A stretch of DNA of 64,000 nt, from assembly GCA_964188305.1 (NCBI GenBank), contig OZ076893.1. One strand, 5' to 3'. The notes beneath the pieces are model-generated. The model was not told the origin of the DNA and ran no database searches. It saw nothing but the letters and a program-made list of their open reading frames with translations. The position numbers and the translations under genes are program-made. This stretch comes from Podarcis bocagei (lineage: Eukaryota). Positions 40,737 to 52,672 of the stretch are shown one piece after another; positions within the stretch are counted from its first letter, which is position 1; the number at the start of each line of letters is the position of its first letter.

Positions 40737-43700
40737 TATAGTTTGAAAGGGGTAGATATTTTAAAAAACTGTTTCGAAGAAGGTTCAATTCATTTGACTT
40801 GAGAAGTTTTTCTACATTAAGAAAGGAATTCAGATGCTGTGGCTATCAGGGCTTTATTGAGTGCAAGGATAGAATGATAATATACAGCTTAATCAACAGA
40901 AAGATGAAGGTCAAAGACTAACATTGTTATGTCTGCAATACATTTTAAAATCAAAATTCAAAGAGTAAATGTTTTGACAGTCTGGAATTTTTGAGGACGA
41001 AGGTTGAACTTAATCAGAGACTCAGAATACTTTGAGAATTTCATATATTTTAGGATTTGTGGCAATGGCAGTGTGCTTTTTCAGGTTTCAGAGAATGTTT
41101 ATTAAGCAGTAGTTGTGCCGTAATTTATTAAAGTGCACTTCAGACACATAAGCTGAACTTTGCTTTCATCAAGAGAAAGTAAATAATCAGAATCTGCTGT
41201 TCCCACTTTTCCTTTTGTTAACTTTTACATCTGGTAAAGGGGCTTGCATTGTGTTTGAAAAACCTGACCCTTCCTGTGCCTTCTCCACGGGAGACACCCA
41301 ACCCTCCTCCAGTCATTAAACTGGACTTCCCGCTGGAATGAAGCAGTAAAAACAAATGAGACACACCATTTCCATTCACAGTTAGAAAAGCAGTGAAAGA
41401 GCAGGCATTTCTCTGATACATTATTTAGCTTGCTTCCCTCCCCCGTGCAAAAAAAAAGTGCATGAACCACCATTTTCCTGAATTTGACACCTTGTCAGTC
41501 TGCTCTGTTATTGCATATATAGGTGTGCTCGCTATGTATTTCCAACTTCAGGAACTAAGAATGAATCCATAAAAATACTTTTAGTAGGCGTTGAGCGGCT
41601 GAATCAAATGTGGACAGAAAAGTCAAGGGAAACTTTCCCTCTACTTTTTATTTCAGTGAGCTCCCCATGAATTGTTTTATATGCAGATACAGATTCACAG
41701 TGGTGAAATATTGGCAGTGAGCTTGAGAATGTCATTGATCATACTGTTCTGGTAACAAATGAGATTTCAGCAACTCTTTTATCATTTACATCATCTTATG
41801 TGAAAATGTTTTAACGCTATGAAGCAAATATCAAGGAGGGCGCGAAACAAAATTATGAGGGATGGTTTCATTGCTGTTTCATGGTGGGGGAGCACAAATC
41901 ATTTGCTAAAATATCTGTCACCAATGTTCTCATCTCTCAGTCCACAACACGTGAACAAGCTTTTGTTTCTGCTATCTTCTTCTGTCATCCCAACACCATC
42001 CCAGAAATTGCTGGGAAGGATACAACATAAACTAAGATATATCCTTAGTATAAAACATGACTATTACAGTTCCAAACATGCCTACTACCATCAAACTGTT
42101 AAAGAATAATACTTCTGTCCCCATACAGTCTTTGGGCTCACTGCACAATGCACCGAGGAAACACAATGCCTTTAAACTTCAAGGAGTTCCCACTGCAATG
42201 TGGAGAAAGAGAGATTCAGAGATTATGGAATAATCATCTCCAAATCGATCAATTTTCCCCTGAAGGTAAAACTGAAAGAAATAAAAAGTTGAACAGTTCC
42301 AGCTACACAGCTTGAAGTTTAAAGGAAAAGTACCCCCAGGGCACATTGTGGAATGATCCCTATCTCCTTCTCCTGGTGCTTATTAACAGGTCAGAGATCT
42401 CCACTACATTTACACCATTCCCAGGTGATCTCCCCTACCAAGGATGGTGACCTTTCAGCCCAAAGAAAGAATTAAGAACATGAAGTTCTACTTCTTTAAC
42501 AAAGTTTTCTTCTGTCATCAGCCATTTTGGAATCGGATGACAGATTTGTCAAACAAATAAAATCTCTGCAGCCTCTTAGTCATCCTGATGAATGAAGACA
42601 CGGCACAAAATATATACCAACCGTACTTCTAACAGAATTTGTTTAAAAAATCCATATAAGACTAACACATTGAGATAAAGTTAATACAATATAATAAATA
42701 TAATTGGTATATGAAGCCACACATGCATCACCCACTCATCCACTGGTAATCTTGCTAAATAGCCATCTTGGGATTTAGTGCAAAAGTTCGTTAAGGTGCA
42801 GGAGATGGACAAACAGAACGCATGCACAGCAGGGCCAAATTCTGTTTAAGCAACTAATGTGTAAAGAAGCAATGTGTGGTCGCGGTGCTTTAACTCAAGG
42901 GAGTTAAGTAGGAGCAGCTGAAAGGATATTCTACCAAGTTTACTCCAGTGACTGCACCCTGACCTCAATTCTGCACCCTTATTTGAAAGCTTGTGTGTTT
43001 GCCGCAGTTTTTGAACTTGGCAACAACCCTAGAACAGGAGCCCCAGGATTTTTGCAAGTCTCTGCCAATGCACTGCTAGTGGTGCCATGATTGTGGAACA
43101 GTTCTTCCCTCACTTGCAGCTCACTGGCAGCCACAGCATAATTTTTCTTCCCAGCTACCCTGGGAAGCAACAGGGAAACACAAGAGGTTCAGGGAGAACT
43201 TGCTGCTAGGTCACATAGGAGCTATTGTATTTTCTAATTGTACTATCATGCTTTGAGGTACACCATAAAGTGTGACTGTGGCAAAGATGCACCTGCAAAA
43301 AGGTGAATCATGTAAGTAAACTTGTCAGGGAGCCACAGTTGGCTGCAGTTTCCTTTGCACACTCATGTTTCCTGAATATAATGTGCAAAATGGCCCTCAT
43401 CTCAGAATGGTGTACACATTAATTAATACTGATTATTAACAGTATAATACTAAATCCTATCCCTTCCCTCAGACTCCAACGCAACCATATGAAATAACTG
43501 CTCTGACTTTCCCTCTAATGCATTTCTGTTAACTGTATTTCGTAATAGATTTTTCCAGCCAGGCACAAGGTACAAAAAAGCAAAACTCCCCACCATCACT
43601 TGGACACAATTTCTGTCTCTAGAAATAAAATGTGAAGTCACAAATCTGGCTAAACTAACACTGAGCTAGAATGACAACCCACCAAGAATCTTCTTAATAC

Positions 43701-43955
43701 TTACATTGTTCAACCAGTACTTAACATGCAATTGTTCTGCCATATATCTTCTCTTACCTATTGACTCTGACACCCCATAAGATAAGCCACTTTCCCCCTT
43801 TTACTTCCCCTCCCTTTCCTAATCAGAAAAAGGGGAAAGGCTGTGTAAGGTTAGTGTTACTGCTATTGCTTTCTTCTACCTTTTTGATTGTACATGTGTT
43901 TGTTGTTAGCTGCTCTGACACCTTGGTGCGAAGGCATGATATAAATCCTGAAAAC

Positions 43956-44230
43956 TAGGGTTGCCATATTTCAAACAGTGTAAAGTTGTGGAGTTTTTAG
44001 TTTTGCCCAAAGTTGTTGAGATTTGGGGGCAAAACGACTTTTTAAAAAAATGCCGTTTTGAGCTATTTTTATGGGGAAACGGCAAAAATGGCACTGCTGC
44101 CGTGGGCTGCCATACGTTCAGATTTTCCCAGACACTTGCCCAATGTCTGCCCGGGCACTGCTGCCGACGTATCAATCTGGACATATCAATCTGTGGTTTT
44201 TCACTAGCATGGGAAAAACTTGAAATCTGA
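43956..44230. mobile_element. Possible hAT transposon end fragment
   Basis: Begins tagggttgccatattt (hAT-type terminus) with raised CpG; no matching right TIR or TSD found. Confidence 0.4.
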
Positions 44231-46551
44231 TAGAGGGTGCAGACACTGAGTTGAATAGAATGGAGCCACTGTGCGAGAGGAATTGTGTCTGCCCAAGTGG
44301 TGGAACTCCTCCTCTCTCTCTTCCCTCGCAACCTTGTCTGCCCTGCACCCCCCAAAATCTGCATTTTGCCCCAACCTTCCAGAACAGATTGGGGGGGGGG
44401 GGAGAGCAGGGGGCAGACAAGCTGAAGAGTGAAAGTTACATGAGAGGAAGTTGTTCCTCTCTGGCAATGACTCCATTAGATTCAACTCTTGCTCTGATTT
44501 TTCTTTTCGAAAGTTTCCAATTGCCTATCAATGTGAGCGTGCACTTTTAATCTTGTAGCCAGTGACTAAAAAGGGAGAAGAACAGGCGGCTTTAGCGCCC
44601 TGCACAATATCACATCATTTATAAAGCTTGCCAGATTCAATTTTTCTTGGCACATAATTTGGATTACCTTGGCAGAGAATTGCATGTTTTATTCCATTGT
44701 GTGCAGTGTACTAATGCCCTATGTAAGGCTTCTTTTCTCAAACTTCTCTATAAAGGCAACAAAAGGAAAATAATCAATTAGAGAGGACTTTCCTGTGAAG
44801 TCAATATTATTGTGAGATAAACTTTTCAATCAAGCCTTCATCAATCTATGCTGAGTGGTCACGTGCAAGTCTAGGGGCAGTGACTGGTCGGCTGAGCAAT
44901 AGATCAAGGCAGATAGAAATCTATTAAAAATAGCATATGCTAAGTTTTTCTTAAAGAATAACATGTTTCATATTAAATAATCTGAACCTAGGATTCTTAG
45001 CTGTACAATGAATCTCTAAACTGAATCAATGATTTCTTCCAGACACACTGAATTAAATGAGACTATTCTATGCAAATGAAGAACCAATTTCACCACATTT
45101 TAAATATATTTGCAGATTTTGATTTTACACCATTGCTTAGGAAATACATGAAAACCCAAGTTTAAATTGGCCTTTTCTTTCTTGCTGATTTAAATGACTG
45201 ATTTAAACTCACATTGATTTAAATTATCTCACCATATATGTAATACATGAGTTGGGTGTATAGATAGAGTTCCTTTAATTTTTTGTGCATATCAAGAACA
45301 TTGGAGGAAATTTGAACCTAGAGTAGCAAGAATAAAAGTATAAAAGAACATCACATATGTGTACACCAGATTCACGTACAGAAATGGAGTGGAATGACTT
45401 CCATTGGCTCACCCCTCCTGTATGCATTCAGAACAACATCAGGAAATTGTAAGAACAGTACACAATATATGGGACCTTGGAGAGTTCCTGGACCCATGGA
45501 CAGAACATTATGAGCATTCAGCTTGTATGCACATAAGCTCAGTGCTGATGTTTCGCTGAATGTATGTTGATGAAGACTGTCACTACAGTGTTCATTCAGT
45601 GTATACAAATCTCATGTGCCTACAAGGCTAGAGGTTCTAGATTATCTTCCTTTGATTTCAGAAATTCATTTTTCTGGGGCTAAATTGATAAATATATGAA
45701 AATGATATTAAGTTAAAACAAAAACAGCTAACAAAGAAAAATGTTTGATAAATTCTATCTAGCAGTAGAGAAGAGCATAGAGTCTATAATGTAAATGTGC
45801 TTTATTCTTAATCCATGTGAGTAGGTCTTATGTTTCTGGTACACAACCATTCACTCTCCCCAAGTATGTCTGCATATATATTCTTGTCAGCATTTTAATT
45901 AGAAGTGCTTATAACTTTTATGGGGGGGTGTCCTGTAGCCCAGTGCTAACCCCAGATGGATATTATGCACATTTAAAACAAAAATGAGCAAGACTTGCTT
46001 CCCTTACAGTCATAATCCAAAATCTTACAGGACTGCGCTCTATGGGAGCAGAGAGAGGCTGTTTTATTATCTCTGACACTGGGGAATATTTTGAGCGCTC
46101 AGTATACACCAGAGCCACTGGATGGAGCCTTCATGTTTGAATTAGGGTTTCAGCCACAAGCCACTGAAACCCACAGGAATACAGCGCAATCTTACACAAG
46201 TCCAGCCAGAAGCAAGGCACAATGTGATGTACTCCCAGGTAAGTCTGCACAGAACTGTTACCTTAAATCAGACGTTGGAACCTGAATTGTGGCCTTCGTT
46301 TAAAAACTTTAATCCTCAACTCAAATTTGGTCTGACTGGAAACCATGACAGGAGCATAATTACTAATGTAGCTCAGTGATAGAGCAATTGGGATTGGGGT
46401 ATTGTATAGGGGTTTTTCTTGGGGTGGGGGGGCGTTGCTGTTATCCATATTTTTTTCCTATCTTTAATTTTTAGATCTTATTACAATTTATTATTTATGC
46501 AGAAATAGTTCAGTTTGGTGGCATCTTCATTCTGAACATCGAGATCTAGCT

Positions 46552-46820
46552 TGGGGGGGGGCCTTCTGGCAGTTCTCTCACTGCAAGAAGTGAGGTCACA
46601 GGGAACCAGGCAGAGGCCCTTCTCGGTAGTGGCGCCCTCCCACCAGATGTCAAGGAAATAAACAACTATCTGACTTTTAGAAGACATCAGAAGGCAGCCC
46701 TGTATGGGGTAGATTTTAATATGTGACATTTTATTATGTTTTTATGTGTGCTGGAAGCCACTCATAGAGGCTGGGCAACCCAGCCAGTTGGGTGGGGTAT
46801 AAATAATAAAATTAGTATTA
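46552..46820 (+). mobile_element. L2 LINE 3' end (same family as 22266)
   Basis: ctcggtagtggcgcc...agatgtcaaggaaataaacaactatctgacttttagaagacatc...cccagccag...gtataaataataaaa. Confidence 0.88.
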
Positions 46821-46879
46821 TCGATAATCATTATTAACTATGAAAAGGCAGCATGAAAATGAAATGATGATGATGATTA

Positions 46880-47020
46880 TGTTTTGTATGCAGAATGCCT
46901 GAAATTCAATCCCTGGCATTTCCAGGTAGGGTTGCGAGGGACCCTGGAGAGCTGCTAGAAGTCAGTGAAGACAACACTGAGCTAGATGGGCTGAGTATAA
47001 GGCAGCTTCCTATGTTCCTA
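46880..47020 (+). mobile_element. Second tRNA-headed squamate SINE family, 5' truncated
   Basis: ttcaatccctggcatttccaggtaggg...acactgagctagatgg...gtataaggcagcttcctatgttccta. Confidence 0.8.
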
Positions 47021-47352
47021 TAATTGACAGAATTTCAGTCTGGATTCCACAACATTCAGGAGAAGCAGTGACATAAGGCTATACTCTACCAGTGAAAACA
47101 AATTTATAGCTAGCATGCGCTTCCCCCACCCCACTTTTTGAATGCAGACCCTCTTCTTCGCCCATTGCACCTTAGAGCCACATCACAAAAGGCCTCTCAG
47201 GCTCCCAAGTTTCCATCGCCATTTACAGTATAGTGCGAAGAAAGCTCTCTTACACACCCCAGGCCCATGTGCACACAACACATGGCTAGGGACACAGAAG
47301 CAAATTAGTTTTTGCATTCTGAACTAGAATAAAGTTATTAGGTTAGGGCCTA

Positions 47353-47676
47353 AAAAGGTAAAGGGTAAAGGGACCCCTGACCATTAGGTCCAGTCGTGGC
47401 CGACTCTGGGGTTGCGGCGCTCATCTCGCTCTATCGGCCGAGGGAGCTGGCGTACTGCTTCTGGGTCATGTGGCCAGCATGACTAAGCTGCTTCTGGCGA
47501 ACCAGAGCAGCGCACAGAAACGCTGTTTACCTTCCCCCAGGAGCAGTACCTATTTATCTACTTGCACTTGACGTGCTTTCGAACTGCTAGGTTGGCAGGA
47601 GCTGGGACCGAGCAACGGGAGCTCTGATCGGCAATCCTAGGCTCTGTGGTTTAACCCACAGCACCACCCGCATCCC
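47353..47676 (-). mobile_element. Sauria SINE with B-box deletion
   Basis: Same family in reverse orientation; 13-bp TSD aggttagggccta (47340-47352, 47677-47689); lacks 33 nt relative to the 56775 copy. Confidence 0.95.
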
Positions 47677-49625
47677 AGGTTAGGGCCTACTTTGGCATTA
47701 TTGACCATTCCACACCTTGGGAAAGATCAGTAATAGGCCACAGACTCAGGTTTCTACTCCACACACCGCTAAGAAAAACAGAGATGGAAAGAAAAGATCC
47801 CGTCTTTATCTGAATATGGGATTGCTCCTGAGCCTCTATGAAAGAGGATTTGATTTTGCCGAGTTGCGGAAGTACGATCCCAGGAAGAAAAGTAGCACCA
47901 GAATATGATCTGAATTAGAACTTAACTGTGTCTGCAAAACAGGATCCTAAATCTATAATAAAGTTCCTTAAAAAAGCTTTTTCATAAGTTTGCTATCTCT
48001 CCAAGCATCATAAAAATCAATACTTGCTAAAAGCAGCAACTATCTTTGGGCTCAGTAATACTTCATCAGTTTATATTTAGGTTACTGGGTCATATTTTCT
48101 TGACATTATTGTGCTTAACGTACACAAAACATGGTGCTGAAACTTCCAATAACTCAAAACTAAACTAAATATGATAGGAATGAAAACATAGATTTAGCAG
48201 CCTAATTTACGGCACTATTCTGTGCACATTTATTGGAAAGTAAGTCCTATTACACTCGTGGGGAATTATATATAGGATTGCAGCCTCAAGTACCCAATTT
48301 CACATTTGGGGCTGCGGCATGTTTTCTTCACTCGTTCTTTCATACACAGCCTGGTTCACACAACACAGCAAGCCTCCTTCCTGGTCTTTTTTACTCCAGT
48401 GCCGTGATAAGCCAAGATTTTAGCCATACCATCCAAACCCCATGGGGGGGGGGGTTTAAAAAGGACTAGGGAGGAGAAAAGCAGCTGCGAGAAACTCTCC
48501 AGGGCTCTGCACATCTGTGTGGTTCCAATAAACCATAGTTTGGCTTACCAGCTGGGGCAGTGTCTCTTCTTTTGCCCATTGCTAATTAGAAAAATGAAAC
48601 AACCAGAAAACTGTATAAGGGCATTATTTCATACTATATCCAGGACAAAACCATTTGCTATTTTTTCCCCCTCTAATATATCCCACCCTCTGGAACCAAC
48701 ACATAAAATATTTTTGACTGATCCTGCAGACAGCATTAAAAACAAGCACACACATGAGATACGTTTAAGAAAATGACATATTTGTATAATCCTTGTTTCA
48801 AGCACAGGACACTGTACTTAATCTTGGATTATTTCAGGTGAGGCAGAGCACGAGGAATAATCTTGGTCCTTCAATGCAGAAAGAGGTTTTTAATTTTTTC
48901 CAAACCCTCTGTTTTATTTTGAATAGTTTTGATTTCTACCAGTCAACAATTTCTACAGCAACACTGAGACACCAGGCTTTTTAGGGGATTCAGTGCCTTT
49001 CTTTGAAAAACATTTCTTTTAAAATGTACTCAAGTGGCAGAGCCATTTTAACCCTCATTTAGCATGGCAAGTTCTGCCCTCCAGCATGACCTGGGGTGAA
49101 GTGGATCAGGAGCAGTGCTCCAGGAATTTCTCCTTTCGCTTCAGTTCCCTAGTTGCGCGATATTCAGTTCATGCTGCTTGCAGTCACTCAACTCAACACC
49201 CAGCTCCGGGTGAGATATGTCAGGGGATTACAAAGGGTCCGTCAAGGAAAAATGGAGGCAGCAATTTTTTATTTTTGTTTCTTCTTTTTGGTAGAAAAGG
49301 AGAAAGTTTACCAAACATAAATGGCCAAATTGGGGGGGGGGGGTTTCCACTCACCGACACCAACACCTTGCCAGACATAAATAAGAATTGCCTAAAGGAG
49401 AGCATGACAAGTACATAAAAGGGCTGGAGTGAAACAGAAGGATTCATTTACCCAAACTTTGGTTAGAAGAACATTTCAAAAGACCAAGAGCAAAAAGCAA
49501 TACAGAAGGCAACACACAGAAAAGATATACTGTGATTGTCTGCAGCTTCAAATATAGGGCAGTGCAGGCAGTTCCCCACACAGGATGCCAAGCCGAGAGG
49601 GCGCCAAACTGAGAAGATACACAAT

Positions 49626-49937
49626 CAAGGCTGTCTTACCCATAGGCGCTAGGGGTGCGGGGCACCCGGGCACCAGGCTTTCAGGGGCGCCAGGCCGAGA
49701 GTCCGGGGCCCAAGAGTTGAGTCCAGGGAAGAGACCACCTGTCGGTCGGAGAGCTGCGGCAGGCTCCTCTGCTGCTGGCAGCTCTGCGCCACGAGTTCAG
49801 GGGCGACCGAGCCAGTGAGATGCTGAGGCAGCTGGCTGGCTCCACCCTCCTGCGCACCTGGGACTGGGCAACCTTTGGGGGGGGGGCGCCAGGCAGATCT
49901 TTGCACCCCGGAGCCGCATATCCTTAGGACAGCCCTG
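49626..49937. mobile_element. hAT MITE, GC-rich
   Basis: TIR caaggctgtctta / taggacagccctg; perfect 8-bp TSD tacacaat (49618-49625, 49938-49945). Confidence 0.92.
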
Positions 49938-51566
49938 TACACAATTGAGAAGATCCATTTGGGGATGCCAAATTTTGGCACCACACAGTGTGCCATATTA
50001 TGAGAGATTTGCCCCTTAAATACGTTTGTTCTGCTTCTCTATTCTCCATGAATTAGCTTCAATACCATATTATACATATGAACATACAAGGCTACCTTAT
50101 GAATATAAGCATTCCCAGACAGCTTCATCTACTCTGACTGAAGGCATCTCTCTGAGTCTAAGGATCCTCTCCAGGGTCTTTCCCCAGCCTTGTTATCAGA
50201 GACTGCTTTTTAACTGCGTGTACTTTGGACCTTCTGCATTCAAAGCATGTATTCTGCTGCTGAGCTACAGCCTGCTTTATACACACAAGTATGCAATCTT
50301 GTGTGGCTGCTTTGGCTAAAGAGCTAGAGGTGCCAGTAAATGCACACACATAATACTGCAAAATGCTTATCTGCTTCGCTTAATTGCAAAAGCACACGAC
50401 TCATACATTTTTCTCTACAGTAATAGCTAACTGCTGGCCGTGATGATTCCTGTGATCTGAACTCAGAAGGTTTAGGCCAATCTGACTAACATTCACAAGT
50501 AAATGAAGAAACCATGGGGAACTGTGTAAAAAATGTGTTTATTTTTGGATAGAGTCTTATTATGGTAGGTAAAGGAGAATTTGCTTGCTTTGACCAAGGG
50601 ACTGTTGCCAGTGCTGCACCACATATTTCTTCACTGCTGAAAAAAATCACTTTGATTTCAAAAAAACATGAATGTCTAATATCATTTGTTTTCTGGAGCT
50701 GCCCTGACTTGCATTCCTTTGGGTTGGAGTCCCAAGGTCTTCAAGGATATAGGATGCATTGGTTTGCCCCTACATAATTCCTCATGCTTCTGAGGCCAAA
50801 AGATTTTTCAAGAAAGCTTCTCAACCAAAATGCTTCCTGTGGTTTACCACATGGGGTTATATGAGGTGGGTCTTCTCATCACCACTCCCAGCACCCAAGT
50901 CCATATTCTGTTTAGTAAATTGCATTAGAAATTTATTTGGTTCTGTCAGTCCCAACCACTGCTAAGAAAACCCACTGATAAAATGCATCTTTCTTTAGGG
51001 CCCAGACATCGCTCTAGACCACAGGCCCAAAAGTAAAACACAAACCAGCATCTTTGTCCACAGTGTCACAACTGGGCAGGAGTAGTTTCATGAGGCTACT
51101 GTGACCAGCACACTATAGTTATTGGTGTGATGTTTCACTGCATCCACTGCAAAGTCTATCAGCCATCGCCACACATCATTTCTGAAAACAGCATTTGGAG
51201 CCCTGAGTCTAAGTTTTCAAGGACCAGGTTGTATCCACGTCATTTTTTTCTTACATCAAATTGCATAAGAGACACTTGGAGAGGCAAGTAAGAAAAATCA
51301 GTTATAAGGAAATCTACAGTGGTGTTTAATGGTCTGCCAAAATGATCCATGCTTCTTTAGAACCTGAATGGAACCCATTCACTGAAGAACAATGGAATCG
51401 TTTCAGAAATGTGAACAAAATTACCTGAGCATCTTTATCAGTAAAATAACAGGGAAGGGGGAAATGGGGGGGAGGGAGAGGGGAATAAGAGAGCGGTTCT
51501 GAAGAAAGGACCTGAAATCAGAAACAGAACAGTGGAAGGAGACACAAAGTGATAAGTATTGTTTAC

Positions 51567-51746
51567 CTGTCAGTTGACATTGATTAATCTTGTGCTCTGT
51601 GATATCACTCAGTGACTCAAACACCTGGAGGCAGCTGTCACAGCTGTGCACAGCTTCTTCCTCTAACTCCTCCCCTTCTTCCGGCCTTTTCTTACAATCT
51701 ATCAACTCTCCATCTTCTGTCTTGTCTTCTAGTTTACAGTTCAGAT
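51567..51746 (-). CDS. ZNF521: Internal coding exon of zinc finger protein 521 (EHZF/Evi3), the exon after the N-terminal MSRRKQ exon; contains the degenerate first zinc finger
   Basis: Minus strand reads ttctttcAG|ATCTGAAC...CTGACAG|GTaaac (AG at 51748-51747, GT at 51566-51565); 180 nt, phase 1/1. Translation (D)LNCKLEDKTEDGELIDCKKRPEEGEELEEEAVHSCDSCLQVFESLSDITEHKINQCQLT is nearly identical to the recalled human ZNF521 N-terminal region (DPNCKLEDKTEDGEALDCKKRPEDGEELEDEAVHSCDSCLQVFESLSDITEHKINQCQLT). Confidence 0.97.
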
Positions 51747-52544
51747 CTGAAAGAAAATCAAGACTATGACCCCAGGGCTTTAAGAGATCCTTTAAAAAGA
51801 AGATTCAGATTGGGTTTGTTGTTGTTTAGGTTACTTAACAAGCGGGGGGGGGGATATTTTTGCTCAAGCCTGCAGAACATGAACATAATACTAGCTTTTA
51901 TAGCCACATAAACAGAGGAAGCATCCATCCTCTCTTTTCTCAATGGTTTTTCTTCCCAAACAGTTACTCCCCCCTGAAAAACAGCACTTCCATTCGTCAC
52001 AGTTAATTTTGTCAAGTTTAATATAACTATTGGAGGCTTTTCATCACTTGAATAATTTAAAAGAATAAATCCCTTCTACAATTCACCACAATATAATGAA
52101 AGGAAAGACAAAAATGTACCAGTGAGTGAATTCAAGAGATTTTGTTTTAACTTTCAAAAAATGATAAAAGCTATCCAAGTCATGAGAATGAAATTGTCTC
52201 ATTTCACTAACCAGCCAAATGATCAGATTATTTTATTTTATTGCCAACTAAAAACAAAAACATATGCCTTAAAATGAGAAGTCCTAAAGTTATTTAAACT
52301 GTCTGCTAATTAACCAAAGCTGTATTAACCTGCAGAGGATCACTAGCCCAAGAGACCCTGTTTCCATCATTATAAATCGTAACTGGTATAGTGAGGATCA
52401 AACTGATAATCTAGTTCCAGGACAGTAATGATGAGCCCAACAATAGGTTCTAACTTTCTGTAAAGTTCACACAAATCCCTTGTAGAAAGTGAAATCTAAT
52501 CATCATCCAGCCCAACTGCAGCTTTGTATACAACTAGTGCAAAA

Positions 52545-52584
52545 GGTATCTGAAGAAGTGTGCATGCACACGAAAGCTCATACC
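52545..52584 (+). ncRNA. Minimal type I hammerhead ribozyme motif (Penelope-associated)
   Basis: Stem I GGUAU/AUACC; core CUGAAGA (52550-52556); stem II GUGUGC-AU-GCACAC; GAAA (52572-52575); palindromic AGCU in place of stem III; predicted cleavage after C52579. Confidence 0.8.
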
Positions 52585-52672
52585 AAGAACTAACTTAGTT
52601 GGTCTTTAAGGTGCTACTGGAAGGAATTTTTTTATTTTGACTATGGCAGACCAACACGGCTACCTATCTACT
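52547..52672 (+). mobile_element. Short Penelope-like element (pseudo-LTR/3' end fragment)
   Basis: tatctgaagaagtgtgcatgcacacgaaagctcatacc...ttagttggtctttaaggtgctactgg...cagaccaacacggctacc resembles recalled squamate Penelope termini. Flanked by a perfect 14-bp direct repeat actagtgcaaaagg (52533-52546 and 52673-52686). Confidence 0.85.

Larger units (their letters stand above)
1..51566 (-). other. ZNF521: ZNF521 intron downstream of the visible exon (partial, >51 kb)
   Basis: Starts at the GT donor at 51566. The next expected exon (very large, multi-C2H2) is absent from the ORF track and is too long to fit in the N-gaps as sized. Confidence 0.85.

Noticed and set aside
42580-42610. Other CUGANGA hammerhead-like cores (also minus-strand hits near 7120, 9055 and 19715)
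   Set aside because: None has a convincing stem II followed by GAAA with closing stems I and III.
49585-49996. GC-rich ORFs or CpG-island promoter
   Set aside because: Explained by the hAT MITE with a perfect 8-bp TSD.
51421-51705. 94-aa ORF as a stand-alone gene
   Set aside because: It is the ZNF521 exon read from an internal TTG codon through the splice donor into the intron.
51764-52015. 83-aa minus-strand ORF just upstream of the exon
   Set aside because: Non-ATG start, stops before the acceptor, and has no similarity to the ZNF521 N-terminus; intronic.
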